A program made the translations under genes and the position numbers. The notes below the pieces were generated by a model, which saw only the letters and a list, made by a program, of their open reading frames with translations, ran no database searches and was not told the origin of the DNA. This document shows, in pieces, positions 45,366-55,269 of a DNA stretch of 64,000 bases; position 1 is the first letter of the stretch, and each line of letters begins with the position of its first letter. This DNA is from Chloroflexia bacterium (GTDB lineage: Bacteria; Chloroflexota; Chloroflexia; QHBQ01; JADMIH01): assembly GCA_038203825.1 (NCBI GenBank), contig JBBRDO010000001.1, positions 64,590 to 128,589 of the forward strand, given 5' to 3'.

Positions 45366-46151
45366 ATGGACCTGGTATTCGGCAAGACAAGAGAGAGGGT
45401 TGCTAAGTGGGCCGCCGACCCGGAGGTGCTGGGCGTTCTGCTGGTGGGCTCGCGCAGTCGGGGAAACGCTGACGCTCTTTCGGACGATGACCTTGAAGTA
45501 ATAGTCACCGAAGAAGCCGCCGCCCGAATCAGCGCCGCTGACTGCAGCGATGTTCTGATTGAGGGCAAAGGGGAGTCACGCAAGATGATCTACGACGCCC
45601 AGTACCTTTCACTGGGCGCGCTCCTCGAAAAGGAGGCTTCATACGTTGACCTCGATCACTGGCCGTACGAACGCGCCAGGGTCCTTTTCAGCCGAGACGC
45701 CGAGCTTGCGACCATAGTTGAGCGTCTGGGAGCCATGCCTGCCGACTTTAGAACCAAGCGCCTTATCCATTCGACCATAGATGCGTGGATACCGCCCTAT
45801 CGAGCAAACAAGTGCCTCAAACGCGGCCAGACGGCCTCGGCACATCTGCTTGTGGCCAGGGGTGCGCGGGCATTGTCGCGCCTCGTCTTTGCGCTCGAAT
45901 GGAGGTGGGTGCCGCTGGACCACTGGCTCGAGCCGGAGTTGCGAACACTAAGCGATGAAGCGCACGTTGGCCCGCTGATTGTCCAGGCATTGAATAGCGG
46001 TGAGCCCCAGCCACTGCAGGATGCCTTGAACGCTCTTGAACCCGCGCTTCACGCAGCCGGTGTGCCGGGGCCCGCAGAACGCCGCGATCTGTTCATGGAA
46101 CTCGTCCACCCCTCTCGTTCAAAGGAGCGCGCTATACATGGACTCCAGTAG
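45366..46151 (+). CDS. Nucleotidyltransferase-fold protein (KNTase/ANT-like) with a helical C-terminal domain
   Basis: 261 aa. Its minimal NTase motif LLVGSRSRGNADALSDDDLEV matches G-S-x(n)-D-x-D. AGGAG lies upstream of the ATG. Confidence 0.6.
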   Translation: MDLVFGKTRERVAKWAADPEVLGVLLVGSRSRGNADALSDDDLEVIVTEEAAARISAADCSDVLIEGKGESRKMIYDAQYLSLGALLEKEASYVDLDHWPYERARVLFSRDAELATIVERLGAMPADFRTKRLIHSTIDAWIPPYRANKCLKRGQTASAHLLVARGARALSRLVFALEWRWVPLDHWLEPELRTLSDEAHVGPLIVQALNSGEPQPLQDALNALEPALHAAGVPGPAERRDLFMELVHPSRSKERAIHGLQ

Positions 46152-46461
46152 CAAGCACGTAGTCGTTACGCACTGGCCGCCCGATGAGGAGCCTGGGGAG
46201 TTCGCAATACTTAGAAGGCTGCGCAAAGAAAACCTGGAGGCATTTGCGTGGTCAAATAAGCCGGGGGACATGTACGCGGCACATGAGCATTCTTACTATA
46301 AAGTCATATACTGCGTGAGCGGTTCTATCACCTTCGGCCTGCCCGATTCAGATGAGTCTGTGACTATCGTACCCGGCGATCGCCTGGAGCTTCCCGCCGG
46401 TGTGCGACACAATGCCATGGTGGGAGATAAGGGCGTTTACTGCCTGGAGGCGCACCGGTAG
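46138..46461 (+). CDS. Cupin domain protein
   Basis: About 107 aa from MDSSSKH (AAAGGAG upstream). Cupin motifs: AAHEHSYYKVIYCVSGSITF and GDRLELPAGVRHNA. It overlaps the previous gene by 14 nt. Confidence 0.7.
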   Translation: MDSSSKHVVVTHWPPDEEPGEFAILRRLRKENLEAFAWSNKPGDMYAAHEHSYYKVIYCVSGSITFGLPDSDESVTIVPGDRLELPAGVRHNAMVGDKGVYCLEAHR

Positions 46462-46484
46462 GCTCTAAACGGATCCGTAGAGAC

Positions 46485-46691
46485 CTACTTGTCGCCTTCC
46501 AGAATAAGTCCGCTCTCACGATCAAATACCGTGCGATAGCCCACATACGCGTTACGGCTCATTTTGAGCGTGCGCCCGCCGTCGGAAAACCGCTCGTTGC
46601 GCCGGATACCCACTTGGGCTCCTATCTCAGGTTTCTCACTAGCGATCGCGAGCGCGCTTGTCTGCTTAATCTTCATATCGTCGTTGGCCAT
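46485..46691 (-). CDS. Hypothetical small protein (68 aa)
   Basis: An ORF with no recognisable motif, 81 nt downstream of the ABC-2 permease gene on the same strand. A hairpin (46461-46485) separates it from the convergent cupin gene. Confidence 0.3.
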   Translation of the reverse strand: MANDDMKIKQTSALAIASEKPEIGAQVGIRRNERFSDGGRTLKMSRNAYVGYRTVFDRESGLILEGDK

Positions 46692-46772
46692 TACGCGTTG
46701 ACTCCTTTGCTACATGCTCTGCCGGAAATCTTGCTCATATTATACCGCAAGACGCCCGGGACATCTTGGCTC

Positions 46773-47735
46773 TTAATAGCCGGTTAGGCGATCTATCATG
46801 CCGCGCTCCTTGGCCTGGTTCTCCACCCACTGGTAGAAGAAGTACGACACGACCGAGCAAACAACCGCGCTTAGTCCCATTATGGCCAGCAGCTGCCAGT
46901 TGTCGATACCCGCCAGCGCCGGGCTGATTGGTTGCACGCCCGCTACAGTGCCACTTGAGCCGTCGGCCACATACGTAAGGGTTCCCCCGTTTATTGCCCG
47001 TCTCATGCCTTCTAGCCAGTAGGTAATGGGCATGCCAAGGCTAATCTCGCGTATCACAGGCGGCAGCACATCAACCGGAAAGTAAGCTCCACTGAACAAG
47101 AGAAGGCACCCGGCTACCACCTCACCGATTGCGGCGCCGTTGCGTGCAATCACGAGAGCGATGCCTGCTAATATGAGCCCGAGCGAAACCAGAGTGATCA
47201 TACCCAGCACAAAGTAGATTGCCACCCAGCCCCACTCGATCTTGGCAATGTCGATCTGCAGTCCCAGAAACAACACACCCACCAGCAACAGCACCGCCAT
47301 TGTCAACAGTCCCAGGCTTATCTTAGCGACTGCCCGCCCCATGAAATACGATATCTGGCGCGCCGGAGACGTGAAGATATACTTGAGCATCTTGTAGTTC
47401 TCGCGGTCGTCCAGCACCGTCCAGGCGAGGCCGGACATCGTCTGGATCACGAGCACGAACAAGGCGTTGCTCAGGTACAGGTAGTTGAAGAACTGCGGCT
47501 TCTGCCCACCAGCGATCACGGTGTACATAAGCACCAGGATCAGCGCCGTAGCCAGTGGCCGCAATATAGTGAAGATAAAGAACACGAACGGGTCGGCCCA
47601 GTTCCCCTCGACCTGCCAACCAAGGCGTGCAGCTATGCGAAACGTACGAATGTTGTCAGTCCAGAATGTCTTATCCGTGCTCTCCCGCCTGGTCGGTCCG
47701 GGATTAGTCCCATTCTTCGTTGCCGCGTCTAACAT
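46773..47735 (-). CDS. ABC-2 type transporter permease
   Basis: 320 aa with 6-7 TM segments. It is part of a three-gene ABC operon. Confidence 0.75.
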   Translation of the reverse strand: MLDAATKNGTNPGPTRRESTDKTFWTDNIRTFRIAARLGWQVEGNWADPFVFFIFTILRPLATALILVLMYTVIAGGQKPQFFNYLYLSNALFVLVIQTMSGLAWTVLDDRENYKMLKYIFTSPARQISYFMGRAVAKISLGLLTMAVLLLVGVLFLGLQIDIAKIEWGWVAIYFVLGMITLVSLGLILAGIALVIARNGAAIGEVVAGCLLLFSGAYFPVDVLPPVIREISLGMPITYWLEGMRRAINGGTLTYVADGSSGTVAGVQPISPALAGIDNWQLLAIMGLSAVVCSVVSYFFYQWVENQAKERGMIDRLTGY

Positions 47736-47745
47736 ATCTTGTCTC

Positions 47746-48591
47746 CTACTGCCACCGAAGGCTCAAGCGCGCTTCAACCTTAGCGAGCCACTCCATACGT
47801 TTCAACATCAGATATGCGGCCGTGACGAATATTACGCCCAGCGCGGCCATTATTCCGAGTTCGACCCACGGGTCAAACACGCCTACTATCTGCCCGGGAA
47901 AGAGAAGCTGGCGCATTGCGTCGAGGCCCAGGCTGACCGGCACTGCGGCCGACACGAACGTAACTGCACCCTGCATGAGGGCCGGCACGCTATTGAAGAG
48001 CCGGCTCAACGGGAAGTTCTGTCCCGACAGGAAGAACACGGGCTCCTGCAGTGCTAATGACACCTGCCATGCCTCCCGGCCCCACATCAGAAAGGCCGAG
48101 CTGAGCAACATTCCCAACCCGTATAGCGCAACCATCGTTACCAGGAATACCAACAGTGCAAACCCCCACTGGCTCGCGTCGAACTGGACGTTGAACAGCA
48201 GGGAACCCACGACCGCGATCGCCCCGGCTCTCAAGGTACTCATGTACAGACCACCTACGCCCATGCCCAGCAGTATCGACATAAGTGACGTCGGGGCCAT
48301 GATGTAAATCTCGAGAAGGCCCGCCTGCTTGTCCCAGTAGAGTTGCGAAGCCATCATCCACAGCACGTTGAGCCAGTACGTAGCCATGGCTCCGCCCAGC
48401 ACCACGAATCCCACATATGCCGCAGGAGCGTTCAGGGCCTTGTACAGGAACACGAACGCCGAGGTGCTGATGAGCGGGATTACGATGTCAAAAAAGAGCC
48501 AGCTGAGTTCACGGTGCGCGCCGATAACACGCGGATACCCCCGCGCAACGGCGCCCCTCAGAAATAGCTCGAGGCCAACACTCTTCCTCAT
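47746..48591 (-). CDS. ABC-2 type transporter permease
   Basis: 281 aa with about 6 TM segments. It lies between the ATPase gene and the second permease gene. Confidence 0.75.
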   Translation of the reverse strand: MRKSVGLELFLRGAVARGYPRVIGAHRELSWLFFDIVIPLISTSAFVFLYKALNAPAAYVGFVVLGGAMATYWLNVLWMMASQLYWDKQAGLLEIYIMAPTSLMSILLGMGVGGLYMSTLRAGAIAVVGSLLFNVQFDASQWGFALLVFLVTMVALYGLGMLLSSAFLMWGREAWQVSLALQEPVFFLSGQNFPLSRLFNSVPALMQGAVTFVSAAVPVSLGLDAMRQLLFPGQIVGVFDPWVELGIMAALGVIFVTAAYLMLKRMEWLAKVEARLSLRWQ

Positions 48592-48601
48592 TGCACTCCC
48601 C

Positions 48602-49747
48602 CTACGATGCCGCAGCTTCCGAGGCGTCGCCGGTCAGGCTGCGCCCCACAAGCTTGATGAACACATCCTCCAGCGTCGGTTCGTTCTTTTGCAGAGTCAA
48701 GATGCGTCCATTATGCGCGGCTAATGTGCTCACAACCGAACCGATGGCCGATTCGTCTTCGAGAATGAACTTCAGGTTGTGGGATATGCCGCCTTCATCC
48801 GGTGTTGCGATGACGCGAACCACGCCCGGCGCGGCCTCCAACGCTGCAACTGTCTTGTCGGTAATGCCAGCGGCACTTATGTCGAACGTGGGCTGCTTCT
48901 GCAATAGATGCTTCAGGTTGGCCGGCGTATCGCAGGCCAGCACTTTGCCGTGGTCAATAATAGCGATGCGGTCACACAGCTCATCAGCTTCAGCCATGTA
49001 GTGCGTCGTTAGGAGCAAGGTGCGATCGGGGTTCTCACTGAGCCAGGACCGGGTGAAGTTGCGCACGATGCGGGCCGCATGAACGTCCAACCCCAGCGTA
49101 GGTTCGTCGAGGAACATTACCTTGGGGTCCGTAATGAAGCCGCGACAAAAGTTCATGCGCTGGCGCTGGCCTGTGCTGAGAGAGCTCACCAGGGCGTTCC
49201 TCTTGTCTTCGAGCTCGACAATCCTGAGCATTTCGTCAATGCGCGCGTTGGCGTCGCGCCAGGTTATGCCATAAAACTGGCTGAACATCCATAGGTTTTC
49301 ATGGACGGTCAGGATTCCGTAGCCGCTCGTTTCACCGCCGCTCACCATGTTGATGAGCCTGCGAACGTCCTGAGCCTGCTTCACAACGTCCAGGCCATCC
49401 ACCAGGGCCGTTCCGCCGGACGGCGCCAACAGCGTCGTCAGAATCTTGATAAGCGTGGTCTTGCCCGCACCATTCGGGCCAAGCAAGCCGAACAACTCGC
49501 CTTGATAGACTTCCACGTTCACGCCGTCCAGCGCGATCATAGTCCTGGCAGGAGGACTGTCGTTCTTCTTCTTGTCTTTCTTTTCGGCCCTGATCTTATA
49601 GAGGCGCGTCAGGTTTTCTGTTTGTATAGCTAAAGGCCGTCCCGCGTACCGCAGGGCAGCGTCGGCGTTCGCTACCCTGACCGCTTCTTCAAGTGCCTGG
49701 TCAGCCACCGTGCTCCCGGCGTTCGCATTGTCTATATTAACACTCAT
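48602..49747 (-). CDS. ABC transporter ATP-binding protein (DrrA/ABC-2 exporter type)
   Basis: 381 aa. Walker A GPNGAGKTT, signature LSTGQRQRMNF, Walker B VMFLDEPTLGLD. It has a C-terminal accessory domain and an N-terminal extension of about 45 aa. Confidence 0.88.
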   Translation of the reverse strand: MSVNIDNANAGSTVADQALEEAVRVANADAALRYAGRPLAIQTENLTRLYKIRAEKKDKKKNDSPPARTMIALDGVNVEVYQGELFGLLGPNGAGKTTLIKILTTLLAPSGGTALVDGLDVVKQAQDVRRLINMVSGGETSGYGILTVHENLWMFSQFYGITWRDANARIDEMLRIVELEDKRNALVSSLSTGQRQRMNFCRGFITDPKVMFLDEPTLGLDVHAARIVRNFTRSWLSENPDRTLLLTTHYMAEADELCDRIAIIDHGKVLACDTPANLKHLLQKQPTFDISAAGITDKTVAALEAAPGVVRVIATPDEGGISHNLKFILEDESAIGSVVSTLAAHNGRILTLQKNEPTLEDVFIKLVGRSLTGDASEAAAS

Positions 49748-49993
49748 TCAACCTCCTATGATGGCCCACGAGATGCCGATTAAGGGTTGCAGCCCGCGCA
49801 AGCACCTGGGCGCAGAGTTGAGGAATGTGGACCAACATCAAATACCTCGTCGGTCAACCATAACATAGAATAGCACCAATATCTAAGTTGAGGTATCGGC
49901 CTAGATGAGCACATTTTCTACGTCTATGGTCGTAGTCGCGCAAAAAGTGGTATATTAGCTTTCAAAGGCATGCAGTTCCAGCAAGGGGGCCTT

Positions 49994-50674
49994 ATGGTCG
50001 TAATCTATCTCATAATCGTCGCAGTTGTATGCTATTGTATCGGCGCGATTCCCGTTGGGGCACTGGTGGCCGCCAGGCAGAAGATAGACATTGCCAAGCA
50101 CGGAAGCGGCATGATGGGCACAACGAACGTGCTGCGTACCGTAGGGCGGCGGGCAGCCATCGTCGTGCTTGCGGGCGACCTACTGAAAGGCGTGCTCGCA
50201 GTGGTATTTGCGCGCCTGATAGAGCCTGTGTTCATAGTTGGTGAGGGACGAATCGAGCTTTTCGGTGCCGTAACCTCTTGGTTGACGGTCGCCAGCTTGC
50301 TAGCAACCGGTGCCGTGGTCGTGGGCCATGTATGGTCGCTTTACTTGCGTTTTGTGTACGGTGAATGGCACGGAGGCCGCGGCGTTGCAACCGCCATGGG
50401 CGCGGTGCTAATCGTGAACCCCTGGGTCATCCTATTTGCCGCTGTCGTCGGCCTGCCCACGATAGTAATATCACGCTACGTCTCCCTCGGCTCCATTGTT
50501 GGCGCAACTGCCGCGGGCTTGGCAATCGTGCTGCTGGTTGCGCTGGGCCAGATGGATCTCCTCTCACTGCTCTTCATCGCGGTTTCCGTCTTTGTTATCA
50601 TTGGACACCGCGACAATATTCAACGCCTCGTCAGAGGAACCGAACGCAAGCTAGGCGAGCGCGTCAAGTTTTGA
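49994..50674 (+). CDS. plsY: Glycerol-3-phosphate acyltransferase PlsY
   Basis: About 226 aa from MVVIYLIIVAVVCYCIGAIPVG. Motifs: HGSGMMGTTNVLR and GGRGVATAMG. The track ORF starts 24 nt earlier, at 49970. Confidence 0.8.
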   Translation: MVVIYLIIVAVVCYCIGAIPVGALVAARQKIDIAKHGSGMMGTTNVLRTVGRRAAIVVLAGDLLKGVLAVVFARLIEPVFIVGEGRIELFGAVTSWLTVASLLATGAVVVGHVWSLYLRFVYGEWHGGRGVATAMGAVLIVNPWVILFAAVVGLPTIVISRYVSLGSIVGATAAGLAIVLLVALGQMDLLSLLFIAVSVFVIIGHRDNIQRLVRGTERKLGERVKF

Positions 50675-50867
50675 CGCCACGAACTGTTCGATTCCTCGGA
50701 GCAACCCGCACACCGTCCGATCAGGACAGCACCTCTCGCCGTACATGCGGGCTCTATGCCGCCAAAGTGAGGAAACCTCGTCGCACCGGAGCTGGACGTC
50801 GTCAGTAATCTGGCCGCTCATGCGACGAAGGTCCGGGTTATGCGGCCCGTCCCTCGCGCATTAGGCC

Positions 50868-51266
50868 TTACAATGGCCAGTTAGCAATCGGGATCGCCAC
50901 GACGATCACGATAAAGCTGAGAATGAAGAAGATACTCGCTTGCTGGCCCTTGATACGTGACCCATCAGCGCGGTCCGAGCGCGCCCGTCCAATATGCGCC
51001 AGGGCGACGGCCACAATCATGAGCAGCGGGTGAATAAAGCTCAGAAATGGCTCCTTGCCATCCCATCTCTGCTGCCCGATCCACACCACTACCCCGATCA
51101 ACAATTGAATATCCATCGCGAGCGTAAAGAAGAACGATAGCCTGTCGCTTACCCCGTCCCAGGGCCGTCCACCGGTCGCCGACATTACTGCCAGTGCAAC
51201 AGCCCCAAGGCCAACCAGCAGTACAACCCAACGCCATATGTTGTGTAAAGTAACAATCAGTTCCAT
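50868..51266 (-). CDS. Hypothetical membrane protein (4 TM)
   Basis: 132 aa with four hydrophobic segments and no recognisable motif. Confidence 0.5.
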   Translation of the reverse strand: MELIVTLHNIWRWVVLLVGLGAVALAVMSATGGRPWDGVSDRLSFFFTLAMDIQLLIGVVVWIGQQRWDGKEPFLSFIHPLLMIVAVALAHIGRARSDRADGSRIKGQQASIFFILSFIVIVVAIPIANWPL

Positions 51267-51329
51267 AGTATCCCACTCCCTTCCTTGTAGTAAGTCGTAA
51301 CAGGTATTAGTTCTGACGGGATATGTCGA

Positions 51330-52304
51330 CTAGCTTGCTAGGTCGCGAAGTACCTGCTTGAACAGCCCCATTAGAAGCTGCACCTTGTAACCGTTCCGAG
51401 ATAGAGGCCTCGCGTCCTGAATAAGCAACCCAGCTAGATCTTCGGCGGGAAGTTCGCCGGGCGCATGCCCCAGCATTGCTTGCTCCACTGCCTCTGCCCG
51501 TATTGGAATAGGAGCCACGCCACCAAGTGCCAGTCGAGCCTCGGCGATGGCCCCCCGCTCGAGCGTAATGGACACTCCGATGCCGGCAAGCGCAAACGAC
51601 CACGTTGCTCGTGGCATAGCCTTGCGGTAAAGCGATTTGGTGGGCTTCGCCGGCAGCACTACACCCGTTATGACTGCGTCCCGCGGGATCGTAGTCATAC
51701 TGCGTTGTTCCTCGGTGGGCAACTTGTATAAGTCACCCAGGTCCACGTCATACTGGCTCGAAGCAGTCTGGTATCGTACTCGGGCGCCCAGTGCAAGAAG
51801 CGCCGTGGCCGGGTCGGACGGGTGGGCGCTGACACACATGCTTTGCTCCGGCGAAGTCAGGAAGATCGAGTGTTGTTCGTTCTCCCCCTCGCGTGCAAAG
51901 CAGGTGTCTCCCCCCTTCAGCCAACAGTCATACGGGCCTCGAAAGTAAGCGCAGCGGCTGGCCTGCAAGAGATTACCGCCTATGGTGCCCATATTCCGCA
52001 ACTGAGGGGCCGCCGCCAGGCCGCAAGCGTCGGCGAGGGCAGTATACTGTGTGCCTATTTCCTCGTTCCGGACGATCTCACTCAGTGTCACCAATGCCCC
52101 GATCTCCAACTGCTCCGTGCCTTGCACGATTTCCCGTCCTTTGAGCCATAGGGATATGTCAACCAATTGCGCGGGGCTGGTTATGCTCTCCTTCATCAAT
52201 GGCAGGAGGTCTGTCCCGCCTGCGATGATCCGGCTGCTTTCATCCGCGAGCAAGGCAGCTGCTTCTTCCGGGCTACCCGCGCGCGCATATTCGAATCTGT
52301 TCAT
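51330..52304 (-). CDS. Molybdenum hydroxylase (xanthine dehydrogenase family) FAD-binding subunit
   Basis: 324 aa. FAD_binding_5 pattern: FEYARAGSPEEAAALL...IIAGGTDLLPLMK and NMGTIGGNLLQ. Its start abuts the stop of the large-subunit gene. Confidence 0.85.
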   Translation of the reverse strand: MNRFEYARAGSPEEAAALLADESSRIIAGGTDLLPLMKESITSPAQLVDISLWLKGREIVQGTEQLEIGALVTLSEIVRNEEIGTQYTALADACGLAAAPQLRNMGTIGGNLLQASRCAYFRGPYDCWLKGGDTCFAREGENEQHSIFLTSPEQSMCVSAHPSDPATALLALGARVRYQTASSQYDVDLGDLYKLPTEEQRSMTTIPRDAVITGVVLPAKPTKSLYRKAMPRATWSFALAGIGVSITLERGAIAEARLALGGVAPIPIRAEAVEQAMLGHAPGELPAEDLAGLLIQDARPLSRNGYKVQLLMGLFKQVLRDLAS

Positions 52305-54646
52305 CAGGCTTCTTTCGCCCCTTCGTGTGCACTCCCGGCTGCGGCCAGCGCTTCCAGAACCCGGCGCGGTGTCATCGGCAGTTCCTTCAGGCGCACTCCG
52401 GTGGCGTTGAAGACCGCGTTCGCGATGGCTGCCGCCGTTGGAATTATCGGAGGCTCACCGGAGCCTTTGGCGCCGATGTGATTTGCCAGCGTGTCGGCCT
52501 TGCCGATAGCTTCCACGATCATGACTGGCACGTCAGCGATCGTGGGTATCTTGTATTCATCGAGGCTTGCGTTCAGCACGCGTCCCGTCGCCTTGTCCAC
52601 AACCCGCTCCTCAGTGATGCCGAAGCCCATCCCCTGAAGGATGCCGCCATAGAACTGGCTTGCCAGTCCCTTAGGGTTGATCACCCGCCCGACGTCATGA
52701 GCCGCAGCAATCCTCAGCACGCGCACCTGCCCCGTTTCGACGTTCACTTCCACCTCAGCAATCTGCGCCCCCCAGGTTCTGATCGGCTCTGTCGGGTTCG
52801 GGCCGCGATAGCCCTTGCCTGTTATCATGTAGTCGCCAATCTCGTCCAGGATCTCACTCAGAGCTTTGCGTCCTTGCTGTCGCCCCTCGGTAGTTATACA
52901 GCCGTCGACCAGTTGGAGCGAGGGCGCAGGTGTCTCCATGAAGTAGGACGCGATCTCCAGCAGTTGCTTGCGTGCATCAGCCGCGGCCATTCTGACGGCC
53001 GGCCCGACCGACGGGGTCGTAATGCTCCCCCAGCTTGCGGGTCCAAATGGCCCCTTTTGTGTGTCGCCCAGCCGGAACCGGATTGACTCGAGCGGCACCC
53101 CCAACTCTTCGGCAGCAATCTGGCTTAGAGCTGTCTTAGTGCCCGTGCCAATGTCTTGCATGCCGCATTGCACTTCCACGCTTCCATCCGGATTAATCCG
53201 CACCAGGGCGTGGGCCGGCGGCCCGCCACCTCCGCCCCACGTCTGGCTCGCGAGTCCTATGCCACGTAGCCAGGGTCCGTTCGCGCCCAATGAGCCAGGC
53301 GTCGGCAGCAACGATTCGGCCTCCATGCCAATCAGTTCCAGTGCCCGGTCATAGCAGGCTAAGAGATGCTTGGACGAATAGTTCTGGCCCGACCCCTGGT
53401 CGATGTCCGAGTGATTCTTGCGCCGAAACTCCAGCGGGTCCATCTCTAGCTTCGCGCAAAGGTCGTCTATGGCACTTTCAAGGGCAAACATCCCTTCGAC
53501 ATAACCGGGAGCCCGAAATGCGGCCTGCGACCCCATGTTGGTTCGTACGCCCAGCGTCAGTGTGCGCACGTTCTCACACTTGTATAGTTCCTGGGCGGGC
53601 CCGGACACGGAAGCAGCCCAACTTGCGTAAATCCCCACGCCTGTCATCGCCTCGAGGTCTATGGCTGTCAATAGTCCGTCGCGGGTCGCCCCGACCTTGA
53701 TCTTCTGTAACGTCTCCCCGCGGTTACCCGCCAGTGTATTCTCCTCGCGCCTGTCCAGCATCAATTTGACGGGCCGCTTCGCCAACCTCGCCAGCAGAGC
53801 CGCGATCACAGGCTGCTTGAAGGTCGAACCCTTGCTGCCGAAACCACCGCCCATATACTCGCAAATCACGCGTACTTTGCTCAGCGGCATTTCCAATGCT
53901 CGGGCCACGCGCTCGCGAACGCCGAAGATATACTGGGTCGATTCCCAGATCGTAAGCTCTTCTCCCTCCCACATAGCCACGCTGCCGTGCGTTTCCAGCG
54001 AATTGTGCATCTGCGTCGAGGTGCGATACGTGCCCTCAACAGTTACCTCAGCGGCCTTGAAGCCTTTCTCGACGCTTCCCCTCGTGAACAGTTCGCCGTT
54101 GTGACCATTGTGCAGAATTATGTTGCCCTGTGGGTGAATCTCAGGTGCGCCAGGACGTGAAGCCTCCTCTATCGTCAGGACTGCGGGTAGAACTTCGTAC
54201 TCGACGTCGATAAGCTTCAGTGCGTCATGAGCTATGTCCAGATCGTCGGCCGCCACTGCCGCCACATCATCGCCAATAAATCGCAACGTGCTGTCGAAGA
54301 GCTTAGCGACGTTTTTGAACCAATCAACATCGGCATTCTCCCTTGACACTATGGCGCGGATACCGGGCAACTTTGCTGCTCGGCTGGTATCAATCGACAC
54401 AATTCGAGCATGGGCGTGTGGTGATCGCAGGATGGCAGCCGACAGCATGCCCGGCAGGCTAACATCATACGTGTATCGCGCTGCGCCGGTGACCCGCTCG
54501 CGTCCGTCGACACGGTTTACCCCTTTACCAACCAGGGAGAATTGGTGCCCCTCTTCCCACGCCTGAGGCTCTTCTTCTTCGACCACCACAGTCTCTTCGT
54601 GAACGCGACCTTCAATCTCTACTTTTGTCTTGATGACGCGGGTCAA
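52304..54646 (-). CDS. Molybdenum hydroxylase (xanthine dehydrogenase/aldehyde oxidase family) molybdopterin-binding subunit
   Basis: 780 aa. Motifs: GKGVNRVDGRERVTGAARYTYD, GGGFGSK and AAFRAPG. It lacks the AYRCSFR/AYRGAGR motifs of CODH, so it is not called a CO dehydrogenase. Confidence 0.88.
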   Translation of the reverse strand: MTRVIKTKVEIEGRVHEETVVVEEEEPQAWEEGHQFSLVGKGVNRVDGRERVTGAARYTYDVSLPGMLSAAILRSPHAHARIVSIDTSRAAKLPGIRAIVSRENADVDWFKNVAKLFDSTLRFIGDDVAAVAADDLDIAHDALKLIDVEYEVLPAVLTIEEASRPGAPEIHPQGNIILHNGHNGELFTRGSVEKGFKAAEVTVEGTYRTSTQMHNSLETHGSVAMWEGEELTIWESTQYIFGVRERVARALEMPLSKVRVICEYMGGGFGSKGSTFKQPVIAALLARLAKRPVKLMLDRREENTLAGNRGETLQKIKVGATRDGLLTAIDLEAMTGVGIYASWAASVSGPAQELYKCENVRTLTLGVRTNMGSQAAFRAPGYVEGMFALESAIDDLCAKLEMDPLEFRRKNHSDIDQGSGQNYSSKHLLACYDRALELIGMEAESLLPTPGSLGANGPWLRGIGLASQTWGGGGGPPAHALVRINPDGSVEVQCGMQDIGTGTKTALSQIAAEELGVPLESIRFRLGDTQKGPFGPASWGSITTPSVGPAVRMAAADARKQLLEIASYFMETPAPSLQLVDGCITTEGRQQGRKALSEILDEIGDYMITGKGYRGPNPTEPIRTWGAQIAEVEVNVETGQVRVLRIAAAHDVGRVINPKGLASQFYGGILQGMGFGITEERVVDKATGRVLNASLDEYKIPTIADVPVMIVEAIGKADTLANHIGAKGSGEPPIIPTAAAIANAVFNATGVRLKELPMTPRRVLEALAAAGSAHEGAKEA

Positions 54647-54687
54647 GGTCTTCTCCTTTCGCAGTAGTCTCCGTCAAGCAACGTTGT

Positions 54688-55188
54688 CTACTCATCACCG
54701 CTCGACGAGGCCGCCTGCACGGCTTCAATGATGCCCTGGTACGCGCCACACCTGCACAGGTTGCCCGCCATTCCCTGCCGTATTTCGGCCGCGCTTGGGT
54801 GCGGATTGTCTCGCAAAAGCGCGGTGGCCGACATTATCTGGCCCGGAGTGCAGAACCCGCACTGGAGCCCATCGCATTCGATAAAAGCCTGCTGGAGCGC
54901 ACTGAGGCTGCCGTCCTCAGCCGCTATTCCCTCTATCGTGCTGACCTCCGTGCCGTCGCATGCAACAGCCAGGGTAAGGCACGCCAGCACCGCCAGGCCG
55001 TCCCGCAACACCGTGCACGCCCCGCAGTGGCCCATATCGCACACTTTCTTCGTGCCCGTGAGGTGCAGATCGTCGCGCAAGAGGTCCAGCAGCGTACGCC
55101 GCGTTGGCACCGTCGCGATGTACTGCTCGCGATTCACGAAAAGCGTGATCTCGGCTCGGTCGGCTATCGTCTTATTCACGGTATTCAT
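54688..55188 (-). CDS. Molybdenum hydroxylase [2Fe-2S]-binding small subunit
   Basis: 166 aa. Cluster motifs: CDMGHCGACTV and CGFCTPG...CRCGAY. Confidence 0.9.
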   Translation of the reverse strand: MNTVNKTIADRAEITLFVNREQYIATVPTRRTLLDLLRDDLHLTGTKKVCDMGHCGACTVLRDGLAVLACLTLAVACDGTEVSTIEGIAAEDGSLSALQQAFIECDGLQCGFCTPGQIMSATALLRDNPHPSAAEIRQGMAGNLCRCGAYQGIIEAVQAASSSGDE

Positions 55189-55269
55189 CGCTTTCTGGAG
55201 CGAACGCCCAACACGAACGGGGTCGCTAATTGGCCGTCGCGACCCCGTTCGAACTATTCTGGAATCTTC

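Noticed and set aside
41980-46480. Integrative element or prophage boundaries around the tyrosine recombinase
   Set aside because: I found no tRNA or tmRNA target and no convincing flanking direct repeats. The only similarity seen was a loose TGTCC(C)TTCT match at about 42013 and about 45327. No phage structural or replication genes are present. Mobility is therefore left as a hypothesis only.
52304-54646. Possible carbon monoxide dehydrogenase (CoxL) call
   Set aside because: The large subunit lacks the AYRCSFR or AYRGAGR active-site loop signatures. Only the generic xanthine dehydrogenase-family call was kept.
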